Positions 26,521 to 42,060 of a stretch of DNA of 64,000 nt are shown here, in pieces. The stretch is from contig NW_026782269.1 of NCBI RefSeq assembly GCF_031769215.1, positions 1 to 64,000 of the forward strand. Reading direction: 5' to 3'. Both the position numbers and the translations under genes were made by a program. Position 1 is the first letter of the stretch; each line of letters begins with the position of its first letter. This DNA is from Ylistrum balloti (Eukaryota). The notes beneath the pieces are model-generated. The model saw only the letters and a list, made by a program, of their open reading frames with translations, made no database searches and had not been told where the DNA came from.

Positions 26521-28896
26521 AGCACCTTTCAATAGAGTTATATATACTAGATCGAAATAGCGAAATGAATTACATCATACAGCTATTTTGTCCTCCTTAG
26601 ATGATTCAGTGCTGGTAAGGACCTAAATTTTGAATCTTAAAAGGCGAATGTTAGTATATTTCAGTAAGACTGCAATTTCATATTGATCTCCACGTGACGA
26701 GATGGGAACCAAATGTGACATCAACTGACATAAGTGTTTAAACTATCTGAAAATTTAAAAGTATCAAATGTCGCATTACTTATACGCTTGTATGGGTCAA
26801 ACATGACGAAGTCCACGTTACCTTGTATTCCAGGTTTAACGTCAACAGCTGAAAGCCCGAAAGGAAACCGTCATCTAATAATGGAGTCAGCTAATGATCA
26901 TTTAAATAGTTTATCACAAAGTTTCAGTAAAGTCTACTTGTTTTGGCTATCTATTAAGTGTCCATCATTGACAAGCTGTCGATGAAGCTTCCTGAACACA
27001 TGATCTTCTTCTCCTGGTACATTTTAGGAGTCTCTGTGTAAATCTTTCTTTTCTTCGTGTTTCCCCAAATTTGATTGAATTCGAGTTTGTATTGTGATTA
27101 TGTTAACATGTTGATATTTTCCTTCTTTTTTCTTTTCTTTTTTACACTCTTTTAAGCAGAATACCCAAAGGAAATTCACAACATACCAATTAATACAGCT
27201 ACAGGTGATTGCACCTACAGGTCATTGTGGTCGATGATATAACGTTCAAACACACTAAAAGAAATATCCGACACTACATAATTATATATGCATTTAGGGA
27301 AGACTTCCTATTAACACCATACAAAGCCTTTGTATTACCAGGAAATACAAATGGTGTTGTCTGGAGATCATTGTATACGGATTCAATACATTAAGTTATT
27401 GATAATTGCGACACAATACTATAGAAATGACAGGCTTCACTTTAGAACACATGTCACTTATCAGTTTCCTTCAGACTTGACCTCTCAACAGTCATTGTCA
27501 TTGTATGAAAATACTGTCCTTACTCGCCTTCTGACCGAGAGGACATAGTAACCTAGACCCCTGACTCCGACAGCTTAAGGTTAGACTTAGCCAGGGGTCA
27601 GTGAAAGTTTTCACACATAAAACAAACAAAATAGTAAATAAATTTGAGACAGGTCATATTGTCAAAGTATTTAACTTACTTTATCATTTCACAACTGTAT
27701 ACTCTTCGAGACAGATCAGATTGAGTTATTTTGAGTGTTAATTATATATACTGTTTTATTCAAACAAACCTTTGAGCCACCGGGGCCAAATGGCCACTCC
27801 GTCATATCGATAGGACAATGACGACCGTATGTAACAGGACCAACACCAGAGTAAAGACATTAAACTTAACAAAATAATACGGTTGTTTTGAAAACAGCAA
27901 AACCACGTGTATGGAGCACCTATCTCTGTCATATAGGGTGTAAGAATGGTACCTTCTGATCCACTGCATGATCGGAAGAGGCTACTAAATTTATAATCCG
28001 ATCTTTTCTTTCTAAACTGCTCTGTGTTTCCTATTGTCTGCCTTGACATAGCCTTACGTGTTCGACCTTTAGTTGACTGTGATTGTCCATCCGAGGAAGG
28101 AGTTTTTGTTTTGTCCCCTTCCCGAGACACGCCTTTAATATTAACAGTTACTAACACTTGATTAACACTCATCATTACTGTAGTATAACGACTAATCCAC
28201 CCGTTCTTTATATACTGTGACCGGGTGGGATTTCCTACTGGCTACCTTCGTTACAATACATCAGAGTGGTAGCGCTATAAATAAGGTTTCACTCCCGCAA
28301 TATCACAAGGAGGCTTACAGGAACATTTTGCAGTCTCTCAAAAACACGCGCACTTCACACATCAACTCTCCTCCTATACTTAATGTGGTCATTTTTCGAA
28401 GATCTATCTCATCCTACACATTTTTTTAGTAACCCTTCGCGTAGTTTTACCATACCTACTGTTCCATGCTGTCCTGTACTCAATGGATACACACAACAGG
28501 TATACACAACAGAGTATATAGTTGGTTAATAATATATATGTTCGTTTTAATGCATAATATATCGTAAACTAAAATCTAAGAAACCGAAAATTTAATTGTC
28601 TTGTGTAATGTTACATTCAATTCTCTTAAAACGTATTTAAACCACATTGTGTTCAATAAAACCATTGATTTATTAATATTGCGCAAAATAGGAGAAGAAT
28701 GCCAAGACAAAAGATATCAGACATGACTATAATTTCCACTGAGTGCTTGTCACTGGTATATTATGTTAAAGGAAGGAGCATCTGTATCTGAAGGATATCA
28801 AACCTAGAGCCAATGCAGCGGAAGAGGAAATTCATAAGATTCAGTCGCAACTATTATTGTCTTGTCTAGAGATTCAGTCTCCCCCTGCCTTGTCTA

Positions 28897-29138
28897 NNNN
28901 NNNNNNNNNNNNNNNNNNNNNNNNNNNNNNNNNNNNNNNNNNNNNNNNNNNNNNNNNNNNNNNNNNNNNNNNNNNNNNNNNNNNNNNNNNNNNNNNNNNN
29001 NNNNNNNNNNNNNNNNNNNNNNNNNNNNNNNNNNNNNNNNNNNNNNNNNNNNNNNNNNNNNNNNNNNNNNNNNNNNNNNNNNNNNNNNNNNNNNNNNNNN
29101 NNNNNNNNNNNNNNNNNNNNNNNNNNNNNNNNNNNNNN
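28897..29138. other. Assembly gap (242 N)
   Basis: Run of N. Confidence 1.
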
Positions 29139-30044
29139 TTTTTCCAATTTTGTTTTACAATGACTATTTTATTTTTAAATTTGCATCTTTAAATGGATGT
29201 ATGTTTTCGTTGTTTAGGACCGACTGTGGAGAAAGAACCGACGAGTAAACGGAGAAAGTCTTAATTGTCGTGGTGTAGATTTAAATCGCAACTTCGGCTT
29301 CATGTACGACCCAGGTAATAACTTACATAATACAACTCTAGCAGACGAAGGTGACAAACTTTGTAATCTAGTTTTTTATGGTGATGATAATGCTTTTGCT
29401 CGATAAATTTAATAAAGTCTTATAACGTCGAAACATAATTTCTAGTATACTTTATACTTGAGTAATCGTTCTGAAGATTAGCTAATTTGTGACATCCGAG
29501 AAAAGAAAACAGTAAAGCACAAACAAACAAACAAAACTTGTAAGATTTAGACACTGAATTAGGGAGAAACTGCACGTTTACCGTGAGAGGGTGTAGATCT
29601 CAACAGTTTGTGAATGATAACATGACAAATTCAAGGATATTACGAAGGATCAATATTACGAAGGATGGTATTGGCATAGTGAAGATGAACCTTACTGTCA
29701 TACAGAAGACTATTACACAACAGGGATTATAAACAGAGGGTATGATGACGTAACAACTTACTTAAAACCCGCCTCCACCTGACTGAAAAAAACATACTCT
29801 AGTCTGGCATAACGACAAACCAGTAGCTGAAAAATTCGTAAAACAAAAAAGGGAGTTCTAAATACAGACACTGCGACGCTTTTAATACAGCTTTTCTGAG
29901 TGCGTGACACAACTCAACTGTCAATGGCTTCGGATATTGACACAAAGGATGGTACACAAGTCGCACCTTCCGATACGTATTTAGAACTAAAAAATCAAAA
30001 TTGACCTTGCAATCTTCTAATGACAACCATAAACCATGAAAAGA

Positions 30045-30130
30045 GGTTGTCCGACATTAATCACATCACTTCGGTTGTCCGACATTAATAACATCACTTC
30101 GGTTGTCCGATATTAATCAAATCACTGCGG
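30045..30130. repeat. 28-bp tandem repeat x3
   Basis: GGTTGTCCGACATTAATCACATCACTTC. Confidence 0.85.
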
Positions 30131-30974
30131 CTAATGCAGACGAATCAATTGTGTCCTTGACATTCCAGTTCTTAAGTCGTGACAACACATCCAAAAGTGT
30201 GCTGTCTTCAATAAGCACTTTGATATAAACAAAAACAAATATTTAAAAAAAAACAGAGATAGACGTTCAAAAGAGGGACACGTGGGTTTCTAGATTACCA
30301 TGTAAGTTTAATGAAATATTTGCAAATAAGTATAAAATACAGCAATGGACGTCGTTATTAGATACTTGTCAATATACACAGCCATCGAAATAAACGTATG
30401 TCATGGAATATAAGTAAGTATATATCTATATAAACTGGTCACGTGTTTAATGTAGGATTTCAAACTGCTACTTCTGTTGATATTGATTAGCTGTTTTTAT
30501 TTCACTCTGAACATAAATGCAGCACGTTCTCATTTTGCCCATATAAGGCGTTGCCTATTACATAATATGAATACTCAATTCCATATAATATTAGGAGTTC
30601 TTCGTGCTTTGGATTTTTCCCGACTATTTTCGTCGGTAAAATTATAGACGATATATAGGTTACAGCTATTAGCGTACAGCTATATCGAAATGAATTTATA
30701 TGAGATTTCCTAAACGTCTGCTAGACCTGAGCACAAGCGTTCTGTGTAGCTTTTAATTGACTCTGCGTGATCATATCCCGACTTAACAATTGAGTATATC
30801 GAGAAATACTCCTTGCTTTGTGGTGACAGGGACAAGTAGAAAATATCAACATGTAAACAAAATCTTAATGCGAACTGAAAAAAATGAAACAAAGGTAAAT
30901 GTAAACAAAATAAATATAAAAATGTGGACTTTTACGAAAGTACAAGGAGAATGTTATCTTAGTCCAAATACTAC

Positions 30975-31210
30975 ATCGATGGTACCACGATAGTTATTTA
31001 GCTGTTCTGAATACCAGTGATAGTACCACGATATTCATTTAGCTGTTCTAAATATCCCATTGATGGTACCACGATATTTAAATAACTGTTCCAAATACCA
31101 CAGTGTCGGTACCACGAAATTTATATAGACGTCTAAATACCACAGTGATAGTACCACGATATTTAGATAGACGTCTAAATACCACGGTGGTGGTACCACG
31201 ATCTTTATAT
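30975..31210. repeat. ~45-bp degenerate minisatellite
   Basis: GTACCACGATATTT...CTAAATACCAC repeated ~5 times. Confidence 0.75.
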
Positions 31211-32399
31211 AGCTGATATATACGTGACACAAAAATGGAACCAGAAGGCACAGATTCGTGTGTTGTCAATTTAAGGTCGGAGATTTCCTCTTCTGATTAG
31301 TACATCGAAACATTATCGATTGGTTGAGTACTTAGTTACTCTTTATATACAAGTCACGAGACATACATCCAGACAAATCACATACGTACAGTCCTGTTGC
31401 GTGATAAATGTTCTGACTCCGGACAAAACATTCACGGCCGATAAAGTCTTCTACTCGGGAAGTGAGGGTGACATTAAAGCGACGTGGGGATAATTTCCTC
31501 AATTTGAGAAGCGGAAAAAGATGTAGGACACCTTTTTGGATTCATGATGACAACTCTTAACAAACCTTCACAATGAACTGTTAAACCGTGTTTCATGATT
31601 TTATGGGTGACATGTTATATCGAACAGTACGTAAGGCACTATAAAACAATGTTGGAGGACAAATAACACTCAGTATTTCCTGTCTATGTATAAGTGTTAA
31701 GTAGGCAAATGATCACGCAGATTCAATTAAAACCTACACAGAACTCTTGTGCTCAAGTCTAGCAGACGTCTAGGAAATCTCACATAAATATATACTAAAC
31801 GAACAGATTCCAGTACAAGTGTTAAGTAGTAGAGGTTTTAGATTTCGTGAATGTCCGACAGTGTGAAAATCACGTGATGCTTATTGATGAAGCCATGTAC
31901 AGTAATGATAGCCAACATGACATCATTTGTAGTCAATTAGGTCAGGTTATTTGGTTGTCTGTGTAGCTGAAACGTGTTTGCGTAACGTAACATGATATAA
32001 GATGACGGAACTACAATAATAACAAATCACAGTCTCAATGTTAAAAATATACGGAACAGACAGTTGCCACCGAAGTATTCTGATAACGAAAACACGACAA
32101 CCCGTAATGACGATAAAGTTATCTTGCTCAAATTCAGTGTTGTTGTGCTTACCCATTCCATTCTCATACACCGTATTCAAGAAAACTTTCGTGCCAAGAT
32201 TTTGAGTATGTTCTCAAGATTGTTCGAATGTTGACTTGCCCACCATCAAGAACTTTAAGTCAACATGATTATTTAAGAAGAAGTTGCGAGAACGAGTAAT
32301 TCAAAGACCTATAGTATTCCTTGAAAGTCAAAAGCCATTCAAGAATCTTGAAGGTTTCCGAATTTTTCCCTTCAGTTCTTCTGGTCGACATATGATTAT

Positions 32400-34225
32400 A
32401 TAATATATATATATCATTGTTTGTATGGACTGCTGGAATAATCGATATTGATTATTGATTTTTCTATTCGATGCTTGACTATATATATATCATTGTTTGT
32501 ATGGACTGCTGGAATAATCGATATTGATTATTGATTTTTCTATTCGATGCTTGACTATATATATATCATTGTTTGTACGGACTACTGGGATAATCGATAT
32601 TGATTTTTCTATTCGATGCTTGACTATATATATATCATTGTTTGTACGGACTACTGGGATAATCGATATTGATTTTTCTATTCGATGCTTGACTATATAT
32701 ATATCATTGTTTGTACGGACTACTGGGATAATCGATATTGATTTTTCTATTCGATGCTTGACTATATATATATCATTGTTTGTATGGACTACTGGGACGA
32801 TCGATATTGATTTTTCAATTCGAAGCTTGACTATATATATATCATTGTTTGTATGGACTGCTGGAATAATCGATATTGATTTGTCTATTCGATGTTTGAC
32901 TATATATATATCATTGTTTGTACGGACTACTGGGATAATCGATATTGATTTTTCTATTCGATGCTTGACTATATATATATCATTGTTTGTACGGACTACT
33001 GGGATAATCGATATTGGTTTTTCTATTCGATGCTTGACTATATATATATCATCGTTTGTATGGACTACTGGAATAATCGATATTGATTTTTCTATTCGAT
33101 GTTTGACTATATATATATCATTGTTTGTATGGACTGCTGGAATAATCGATATTGATTTTTCTATTCGATGCTTGACTATATATATATCATTGTTTGTATG
33201 GACTACTGGAATAATCGATATTGATTTTTCTATTCGATGCTTGACTATATATATATATCATTGTTTGTATGGACTGCTGGAATAATCGATATTGATTTTT
33301 CTATTCGATGCTTGACTATATATATATCATTGTTTGTACGGACTACTGGGATAATCGATATTGATTTTTCTATTCGATGCTTGACTATATATATATCATT
33401 GTTTGTATGGACTACTGGAATAATCGATATTGATTTTTCTATTCGATGCTTGACTATATATATATCATTGTTTGTATGGACTACTGGAATAATCGATATT
33501 GATTTTTCTATTCGATGCTTGACTATATATATATCATTGTTTGTATGGACTACTGGGACGATCGATATTGATTTTTCTATCCGATGCTTGACTATATATA
33601 TATCATTGTTTGTATGGACTGCTGGAATAATCGATATTGATTTTTCTATTCGATGTTTGACTATATATATATCATTGTTTGTACGGACTACTGGGATAAT
33701 CGATATTGATTTTTCTATTCGATGCTTGACTATATATATATCATTGTTTGTACGGACTACTGGGATAATCGATATTGGTTTTTCTATTCGATGCTTGACT
33801 ATATATATATCATTGTTTGTATGGACTGCTGGAATAATCGATATTGATTTTTCTATTCGATGTTTGACTATATATATATCATTGTTTGTATGGACTGCTG
33901 GAATAATCGATATTGATTTTTCTATTCGATGTTTGACTATATATATATCATTGTTTGTACGGACTGCTGGAATAATCGATATTGATTTTTCTATTCGATG
34001 CTTGACTATATATATATCATTGTTTGTACGGACTACTGGGATAATCGATATTGATTTTTCTATTCGATGCTTGACTATATATATATCATTGTTTGTACGG
34101 ACTACTGGGATAATCGATATTGATTTTTCTATTCGATGCTTGACTATATATATATCATTGTTTGTACGGACTACTGGGATAATCGATATTGATTTTTCTA
34201 TCCGATGCTTGACTATTTACATATA
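32400..34225. repeat. 69-bp minisatellite, ~26 copies
   Basis: TATATATATATCATTGTTTGTACGGACTACTGGGATAATCGATATTGATTTTTCTATTCGATGCTTGAC; produces the 23-aa repeat pseudo-ORFs. Confidence 0.98.
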
Positions 34226-36234
34226 AACACATTATCTCACTCCTCTTTACAGTGTTGGCTTTTATGAATGAAAGATAACCTTTCTTTCGTGATTGTTATA
34301 GTTCTGAGCACGTTTTCAACACATCCTAGAAAAATGGACAAATTGGCTACCATTGCCTTTACGAACATGTGTAACAATCCCAGGAGATGTTTGGGTTTGT
34401 GTAATTGAAATGGCTGGTAAAGTTACGTACGGATAATGAGATCCTACGGGTATAGTGAGAGAGTGTAAGACATCGACACGTGAGTAGCAGAACTTGGTGT
34501 CCCTCCTGGACCAGAATGTGTCGCTTCTCACATTAGCACACGTCTGACAAACAGGCGAAATCTTAACCAAAGCAGCAAGAACCATCCAGTGTTCCTTACA
34601 ATGCCATGTTGTCTCTCGAATACTTTTGTTGACCTTGTCTTAAATATGTATAAAAAGAAAGCATTGTCCTCGTAGGTTTTCATTTCTACCACAATATAAC
34701 TGTTCATAAATATATGAAACAAAGTGTAAATACGGAGCATCTCGAGTGATGTAATTTGAATGAAAATGTCCTGTTCCGGTCATATATTAGCTAATATTGA
34801 CACTTCTAATACTACATAGTGAGGCTGGCATAAAAGATTTCCATCCGTCATCAAAAATAAATCCAACATACTCGAGTAACTGAGGTTTTGGTGAATCATT
34901 TTCGACTTAAGAAGACTTTACCGATGACGAAGTAACGGGCAGTCTGCTTATTACATATATCGAGATGTAAGGCAACTTGTTTATGAAGGTTCTACGATAT
35001 TGAGAGAAATGGATTTGGAATTTCAAAACACTAGACAGGGAAATGGGGCAAAATGAGAACATGCTGGATTAAACTGACATCGTTTAAATCGGATTAATTT
35101 CACTGGAACTGTCATTAAAAAAACCGATTGCTCAGCCCCTCCCCAAGCCCTCTGTTTGATAGATATGTAAGGATGTCTGCAGACGCATTGATCCTTGTTT
35201 GGAAACACTTTTACGACTTCATGTTTGCAAAGAGTACTGGTCTTGACTAATCATCAAGGAAACCCTCAATGCACATCATCCTATTTTACCCAATACGGTA
35301 TTATCCTAATGATGTTGCAGAGTTATGTGGATCCTGGCCTTCATCTCTGGTTTAATTGCCGACACTGTTTGTTGCACAGCCATGTCGTTTCATGTGATTA
35401 AATCAGAGTTACATTAATGTATAGGTACATTTATAGTCCGTGGGAGAAAGAATGAAATGTTGATATCAGCTTAAATAAAAGTAGTCCGAGGGGAACATCA
35501 TCTTCATAAAAAATAATTTTCTGCGAAAACAATTCAATTTTTTCTTGTACACTGCGATAACCTGGGGTTTACAAGGATTTTAAAAGTTTGATCACACCGA
35601 AAGGGTTTCTGTCTATTTACGGTGAGACGTCAATGGCATCTATACACGTATAAATGTTGTAATAAGAAGAGATACCGACATTACAATGGCATGTTCCAAA
35701 ACTCTTATGTTTCGTAGCTCCATAAACATAAAACTTGTGTTGACTATAGTGTAATGATTTAATGACCACTGATCTGACGACATCTTTGCGTGTTCTGTGA
35801 AAGCTTCGCTGATAACATTCAATGAAGCCTAACTGATTGAGAAGACGACCGGTTATTTTTCTAGTCCATGGTATAATAAGAAAAATTGATATCTGACTGC
35901 GTTCCGCTTTAATGCATTTCGATGTAATCGCTCATTCTGATAAATTATTGTCGGAAGATGAAGCGCTATTTACGTGAACATGACAAATATAGATACGTTT
36001 TCTACTATACCACTGGGAACTGTCAATAAAGGTATGTGGGGATTCTTTTTACTACCCACATAGATATATTTTCTTTTGGATTAATGGTTAGAATTTGATT
36101 CTGTAATTTTACTGGAGATTAACACAAATCCATTACGTTCGAAACTTCAGGGAACTCTTTGTTTAATATATCGTTAGCTCGACCCTCTATCCGTGAATTC
36201 TTACACTCCGATTGAATGATAAATCAGACTGCAT

Positions 36235-36640
36235 CGTAAAAGTGCTGTCGCCCCTGTAGAACACGTTTGTGATGGTGAAAGTGTAGAAAACAGTAATAAC
36301 ATTTGATATTTCTAATCGTTGGTGACGAGATGGGTGATAATCCGTATCATATCCTGGCCTATTTATCGTAAAAGTTCTGTCGTCCCTGTAGAACACGTTT
36401 GTGATGGTGAAAGTGTAGAAAACAGTAATAACATTTGATATTTCTAAATGTCGGTCACGAGATGGGTGATAATCCGTATCATATCCTGGCCTATTTATCG
36501 TAAAAGTTCTGTCGTTCTGTCGAATCAGGACAGACTTTACTACACACATAGTATGTTAGCAATACCTCTGACAGGAATCAGGACAGACTTAACTACACAC
36601 ATAGTATGTTAGCAATACATCTGACAAGAATCAGGAGGGA
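36235..36640. repeat. Two adjacent tandem duplications (~132 bp x2, then ~53 bp x2)
   Basis: CCCTGTAGAACACGTTTGTGATGGTGAAAGTG...ATCCTGGCCTATTTATCG twice; GAATCAGGACAGACTT..CTACACACATAGTATGTTAGCAATAC twice. Confidence 0.9.
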
Positions 36641-38732
36641 TTAAAAATGATAAATGAAGCTGGAGACAAAAATAAACCTTGTTTAGTTTAGAATCAAAAG
36701 CAATCTCCTCTTATGGGCGACATGTGGTCATTATAATTCTTTGATCAGATAAAAGTCCAGAGAGACTTCAAGCAGTGCCATCTCGACAATGATTGGTGTG
36801 TTTATAACCTAATGGCTGTTACCCTGACGACTAGTGTGGTATCACTGTCGACTCCAGTGAATCGGAAACATTGATGACAAACGTAAATTTAATTCATCAA
36901 GACAACTTACGCATCACATGAAGTATACCAAAACATAACACAACCCTCTCTCTCCGTCTCTCTCTCTATCTCTATTTAGTTGTATGATAAACTCTTATTG
37001 ATTTTTATATCAAAAATTGTACATAAGTTTTATGTGAGAAGGTATGGAAAATACCAACATGTCAACAGAATCTTGATTCAAAATCAAATTCTACGAAACG
37101 AGGGCAAGAACAATTGACAAGCTGACCACTTAAAGAGTACAAGCGTTGCGCTAGGGTAAGCGCCTTTTGCTTCGTTGGTAATACCCGCCATTTGAATTGT
37201 GGTAAAGCAACTACGTGTACGTGTAATGTCATGTTCCATAAAGAGAACAATGTCTAAAGAAACGGAGATCCTAGAGAGCCTCAAACATGTCTGTGAAACT
37301 TCATATCAAAGAAGATGAAGATTTCCCAGTGAGACCGTTGCGGCAAGTTATTGTGAAGTATTTATGTGAAATTAATTAAAAAAGATAAGTTTGGTTTTTT
37401 TATTTCGTAACAGTTTGGAAAGGCCATTTACACGTATGATTTATTAATCTGTAAATCAATCTATATGACTTTTTTATTCCATTTCATGTGGTAAGAGTGA
37501 TCGATACAGAACACAGATATTCTTTAAGAATTTTGGGGGAATATTCATGGCCAAACAGGGACACACGCTAAGCTTAACGACACGAAAATATCACTGGCAA
37601 CAGTGCTTAGCACAGCTTTCCTAATGGTTCACCCACACAGAACGGTCAAAAAAGGTCAACACAGTAGCCTTAAGTCTCCTCCATCTAATAGGGTTAATTA
37701 AAACAACGCCGCGGATTTAGCGTATTCCTAGCCTAGTGACACCATCATCTCTGGCAACATCAGTATTTTATCACACAAATTGGGTGGAATGTAGGGTTGG
37801 GGCGTAAGTGACAGGTTGGGGGGGGGGGGGGTGTGGAGGTGATGGGGTAGAATTTTTATCTCAAACCTTCATAAGATAATCATTTCTATCCATTGAAACG
37901 TGATAGTATTTGATTTTTTAAACAATAATTCAAAATATGTTACTTCATTGTAAATATCTATGACCTTTATGAAATATCACCTCATCTTGTCAGAGTCATG
38001 GACTACGGGATCATTTGTTATTGCGTCTAGTAAAAAGCAGTAATTACTGGTTTCACTTCTTGTGAGTTATTGATCTCAATGGTATGGTGCGACCTTGAAG
38101 CCGCAAATTGTTACCGCTAGGAAGGATCAGACACGTCTTTCTGTAGGTAAACTGTTTTCAAAAATGCTGCAATTTAAAAAAAACGCATTAAAGATAGAAA
38201 ACCGGAAATGAAATATACAGTGACAGGTTTTCAATAACACTAAAGCAATTGTCTGTTGGATGTTTTGTTTAAAGTGACGTGAAAATCATGCTTCTTTCAC
38301 AACAGGAGATAGATCAGATGTCTCCTGTACGTCTTTGTCATTTCCGGTGTAGGGGTCTCTGTAAAGACAAGCATTCATATGGAATCTTCTTTTGTGAAAC
38401 TTTTTGTAAAAGAAATGTGTTTTTATTTCGTTAGGACTAATCGACTTTTGAATAAAACCGTAATTCTATCCACAAAATCGTCTTTTCACAACATTCGAGA
38501 TTGTAAGTGGTAGACACACCTGGTAGATTTTTAATCCATGCATGCCAATTCATTCGAATAGTGGCACAGATCGGAATATACACATGTACTTTTTGAAATT
38601 ATTAGATATATGAAAATCACGAAAATTCATTGAAATATGAGACTAATGTATCTCCCCAGTTAGATTTAAACTTTCTTCTAATCCATTTTGTTTTTTTCAG
38701 TCGCTTGCTCTGGAACAGAATTGAGGCCTTCG

Positions 38733-38775
38733 GTGCCCTTGAAGGACAAAACAGCTGTGTGATGTAGTTTAATTC
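38733..38775 (+). ncRNA. Decayed solo relative of the hammerhead unit (core deleted)
   Basis: TGCCCTT-GAAGGACAAAACAGCTGTGTGATGTAGTTTAATT matches the array's flank and 3' half; the CTGACGA segment is missing and GAAA has become AAAA. Confidence 0.6.
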
Positions 38776-41269
38776 ATTATTTGACTCTACACTATCTAAT
38801 TCTATATTTACATTTTAAAATGTTATTCTCGTGCGTGTCTTTGATATATTTTATTTGGTAAACTTTCTCCTTTGACTTAATTGTTTTTCTTTTTATTTAT
38901 TTCAATTTATAATCTTATTTCAAAAAACCGTTCAATAAGATTAAATAGAGATGAGATATACTATTTCTACGGTTCGTAAAATATTGATTGCCTACACAGA
39001 ACGTTGATACAGATGTTATCCACCAAGTTCCAGGGCAATGAATCAGAAAAAAGGACTCTAAGTTAGGTGTAACATCGTGAACATGACCTCTTTTCATACT
39101 GATAAGTGTTTGTAAGATATATGGCTACTAACGAATAAAAATAGAATAATAGTATATTAGCAATCATCAAGCATGATTTGTTTTCATACATGGCCTTAAT
39201 TTTTAAATTTCCTGTTTAAGTTTAGGTTAAAACAAATAAATTAATTACTGAGTACCTGTTGCTGATGTAAAATCATGTTTAACAGACTCCAACGCTTACA
39301 AATCAGACATATTCCGTTACAATTATATTCTACAAAATCAAAAAGTGCCATGTGTCCTACGTCGCCACACCTATCCAGACAGGAACCGCCGAGAGACCAT
39401 TAATACGATACCGAAGGAACTCGTGTCCTGTTATCGAACTTCCTGGATATCACTTCATTTACTGTCTCATACGATGACAAGGGGTGTATGTGACCCGTGA
39501 AAAGAAAACCCTCCCTTCCAAACCAATAGCATCGGCATCAAATATCGTTCGTCGTGTCTTATATATGGAGTACCTAACGAAACGTGAAGACTCAGAGAAC
39601 TAGCAATGCCTGGCTTTAATCGTTGACAGTAATGGATGATGCTTTTGAACGGTCAAGCGTTAAAGTAACCTTTCTGTATTGGATAACATCACTTTAGGTT
39701 AGTCGAACACATCCCATTAATAAAAGAGTGTTAAAACGGGGGTCAGGGTGTTGTCATGGCGAGAAATGTGACGGCTGCATTAGGAAATATAGACCCGACT
39801 CTGTCCTGCCTTAATATTTATTGGGGTCACTGACCTCTGCATGAATACGTCTGTTCGGAAATATAGACATGTTTGTTGGGTTTTACCAAAGATATTCCTG
39901 TATAGCTTAAAATAGTCCAGCTAAGAAATGAAACATAAACAGGCTTTGTCGGTCATGGATTCACGTCCTTCAGCTATATAAAGACAGCAACAGCAACAAA
40001 GGTAACAATCAAATTTCAAAACGATGATGTAAGAAGTTCACGATAAGACATCTCCATACAAATATAACGCATTTGTTTCCTCTAACTTGATCCTTGTCTG
40101 AAGACATTTTTACACCTAATTCATACAAACAGATCTAGGCTTGTTCGATACAGAAGGAAACCCTAGCTACACATGACCGACTTTTTCAAAAGAAGAAATA
40201 TTAGGTAATCATGGTTCAGTACTATAATCATTGAGATTTCCTATCAATCTCAGGTATACAGACCCCTCTCGTTTATACAGGATTCCTAAACTTCACACAA
40301 ATCCATAGCATTTTATTGCCTGCTCATCCAGTTGTTCAACTAAATCTTTATCAAAGCAGCAGTATTATCAAATCAGGGTTACTGTCTTTTTGTGATAATA
40401 GTAATTGGATTTTAAAGACATCCAAAGAGCTTTCGACCAATCCTGGACGCCTTCTTCTAATAAACATTTATTCTCCAAGAACTTTTTATTCTTTCACACT
40501 CTATTCTAAACTCTAGAAACACATTCGTTTTCATGTTACAAGAACTCTCTTTTCAAAAATTTAGACAGCGGTATAAATAGATGGTTACAGGTTATACTTA
40601 AGCGTATTTCATGGAAATGACGTCAAAATCAAAGAAACATATTCTTCGAGATTGCATGGTTATTTTTTTTTAGATATCAGCATACCTAGACAACAGACTG
40701 TGCCAATCTCCTGGCTGACGTAGTTTCGTCATTATGTATATGGATGAATTTAATGTAGATGTGATAAAGTATGTCACAAAGAGCTGACCAAGTCCTTCAA
40801 TTTCCGAAACTGGACGTGTTTAATGCTCGTTAGTGTGACTGGTGTTTGTTGTGTAACTGGTTTTAATTTCGGAATTTAGCATTTCTTACTGCGATTGGTT
40901 ATCGAGTAAAGAAGAAAACACTTCGTCTTAAGGAACACCTGACCTTGTTGTCCTTGTACCTTTCCAGAGATGTCCATTAAAATCTTTCTTTTGTTCATAT
41001 TTTGCTCTAGTTTTAAGAAATTTTGGTTTGAAGTAAGTTTATTTTTGACATGTCGGTATTTTCTCCGTTGATTCTGTTCTAGTTTGAAAAAAAAAGCGTG
41101 ATAGTGTTATAGGACAGGCGACCGGTTAATTAATAGCTCTGTAATTTATTTTTTAATTCGTAAATTCTGTTTTTGGCAGGAATAGTGTCGTAATATGGTT
41201 ATTACTCTTATTGAAAATGAAGGACAGTAGGACGATACCTTAAATGTTAGATATTACATAACTTTAAAT

Positions 41270-42060
41270 GTATGATGTATCGTCTCCACTCTCCATTTTC
41301 CTGTCCTATATATCGTCACGGTTAGATGTATGATGGTGTCATCTCCACTCTCCATTTTCCCGTCCTATATATCGTCACGGTATCATCTCCACTCTCCATT
41401 TCCCTGTCCTATATATCGTCACGGTATCGTCTCCACTCTCCATTTCCCTGTCCTATATATCGTCACGGTATCATCATCACTCTCCATTTTCCTGTCCTAT
41501 ATATCGTCACGGTATCGTCTCCACTCTCCATTTTCCTGTCCTATATATCGTCACGGTATCGTCTCCACTCTCCATTTTCCTGTCCTATATATCGTCACGG
41601 TATCGTCTCCACTCTCCATTTTCCTGTCCTATATATCGTCACGGTATCGTCTCCACTCTCCATTTTCCCGTCCTATATATCGTCACGGTATCGTCTCCAC
41701 TCTCCATTTTCCCGTCCTATATATCGTCACGGTATCGTCTCCACTCTCCATTTTCCCGTCCTATATATCGTCATGGTATCGTCTCCACTCTCCATTTTCC
41801 CGTCCTATATATCGTCATGGTATCGTCTCCACTCTCCATTTTCCCGTCCTATATATCGTCATGGTATCGTCTCCACTCTCCATTTTCCCGTCCTATATAT
41901 TATCACAGTTAGATGGTATCATCTCCACTCTCCGTTTCCTGTCCTATATATTGTCACAGTTAGATGGTATCATCTCTACTCTCCGTTTCCTGTCCTATAT
42001 ACAATTAATGGTCCTATTATTTGGGTTGAAGGTTGCTGGTCTGATCTATCACGGTATCAT
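41270..42060. repeat. 44-bp minisatellite, ~17 copies
   Basis: CACGGTATCGTCTCCACTCTCCATTTTCCTGTCCTATATATCGT. Confidence 0.96.

Noticed and set aside
28857-29248. ORFs in the supplied track
   Set aside because: Artefacts of translating through the N gap.
31340-32340. Possible SF1 helicase or viral relic (LIDEAM)
   Set aside because: A single Walker-B-like word with no Walker A or other motif in frame.
32524-34226. 253- and 329-aa hydrophobic repeat ORFs
   Set aside because: A 69-bp unit divisible by three and stop-free by chance; one extra TA dinucleotide breaks the frame and there is no unique domain.
39330-40560. Possible DIRS/tyrosine-recombinase remnant
   Set aside because: Only vague similarity in short broken frames, with inconsistent motif order.
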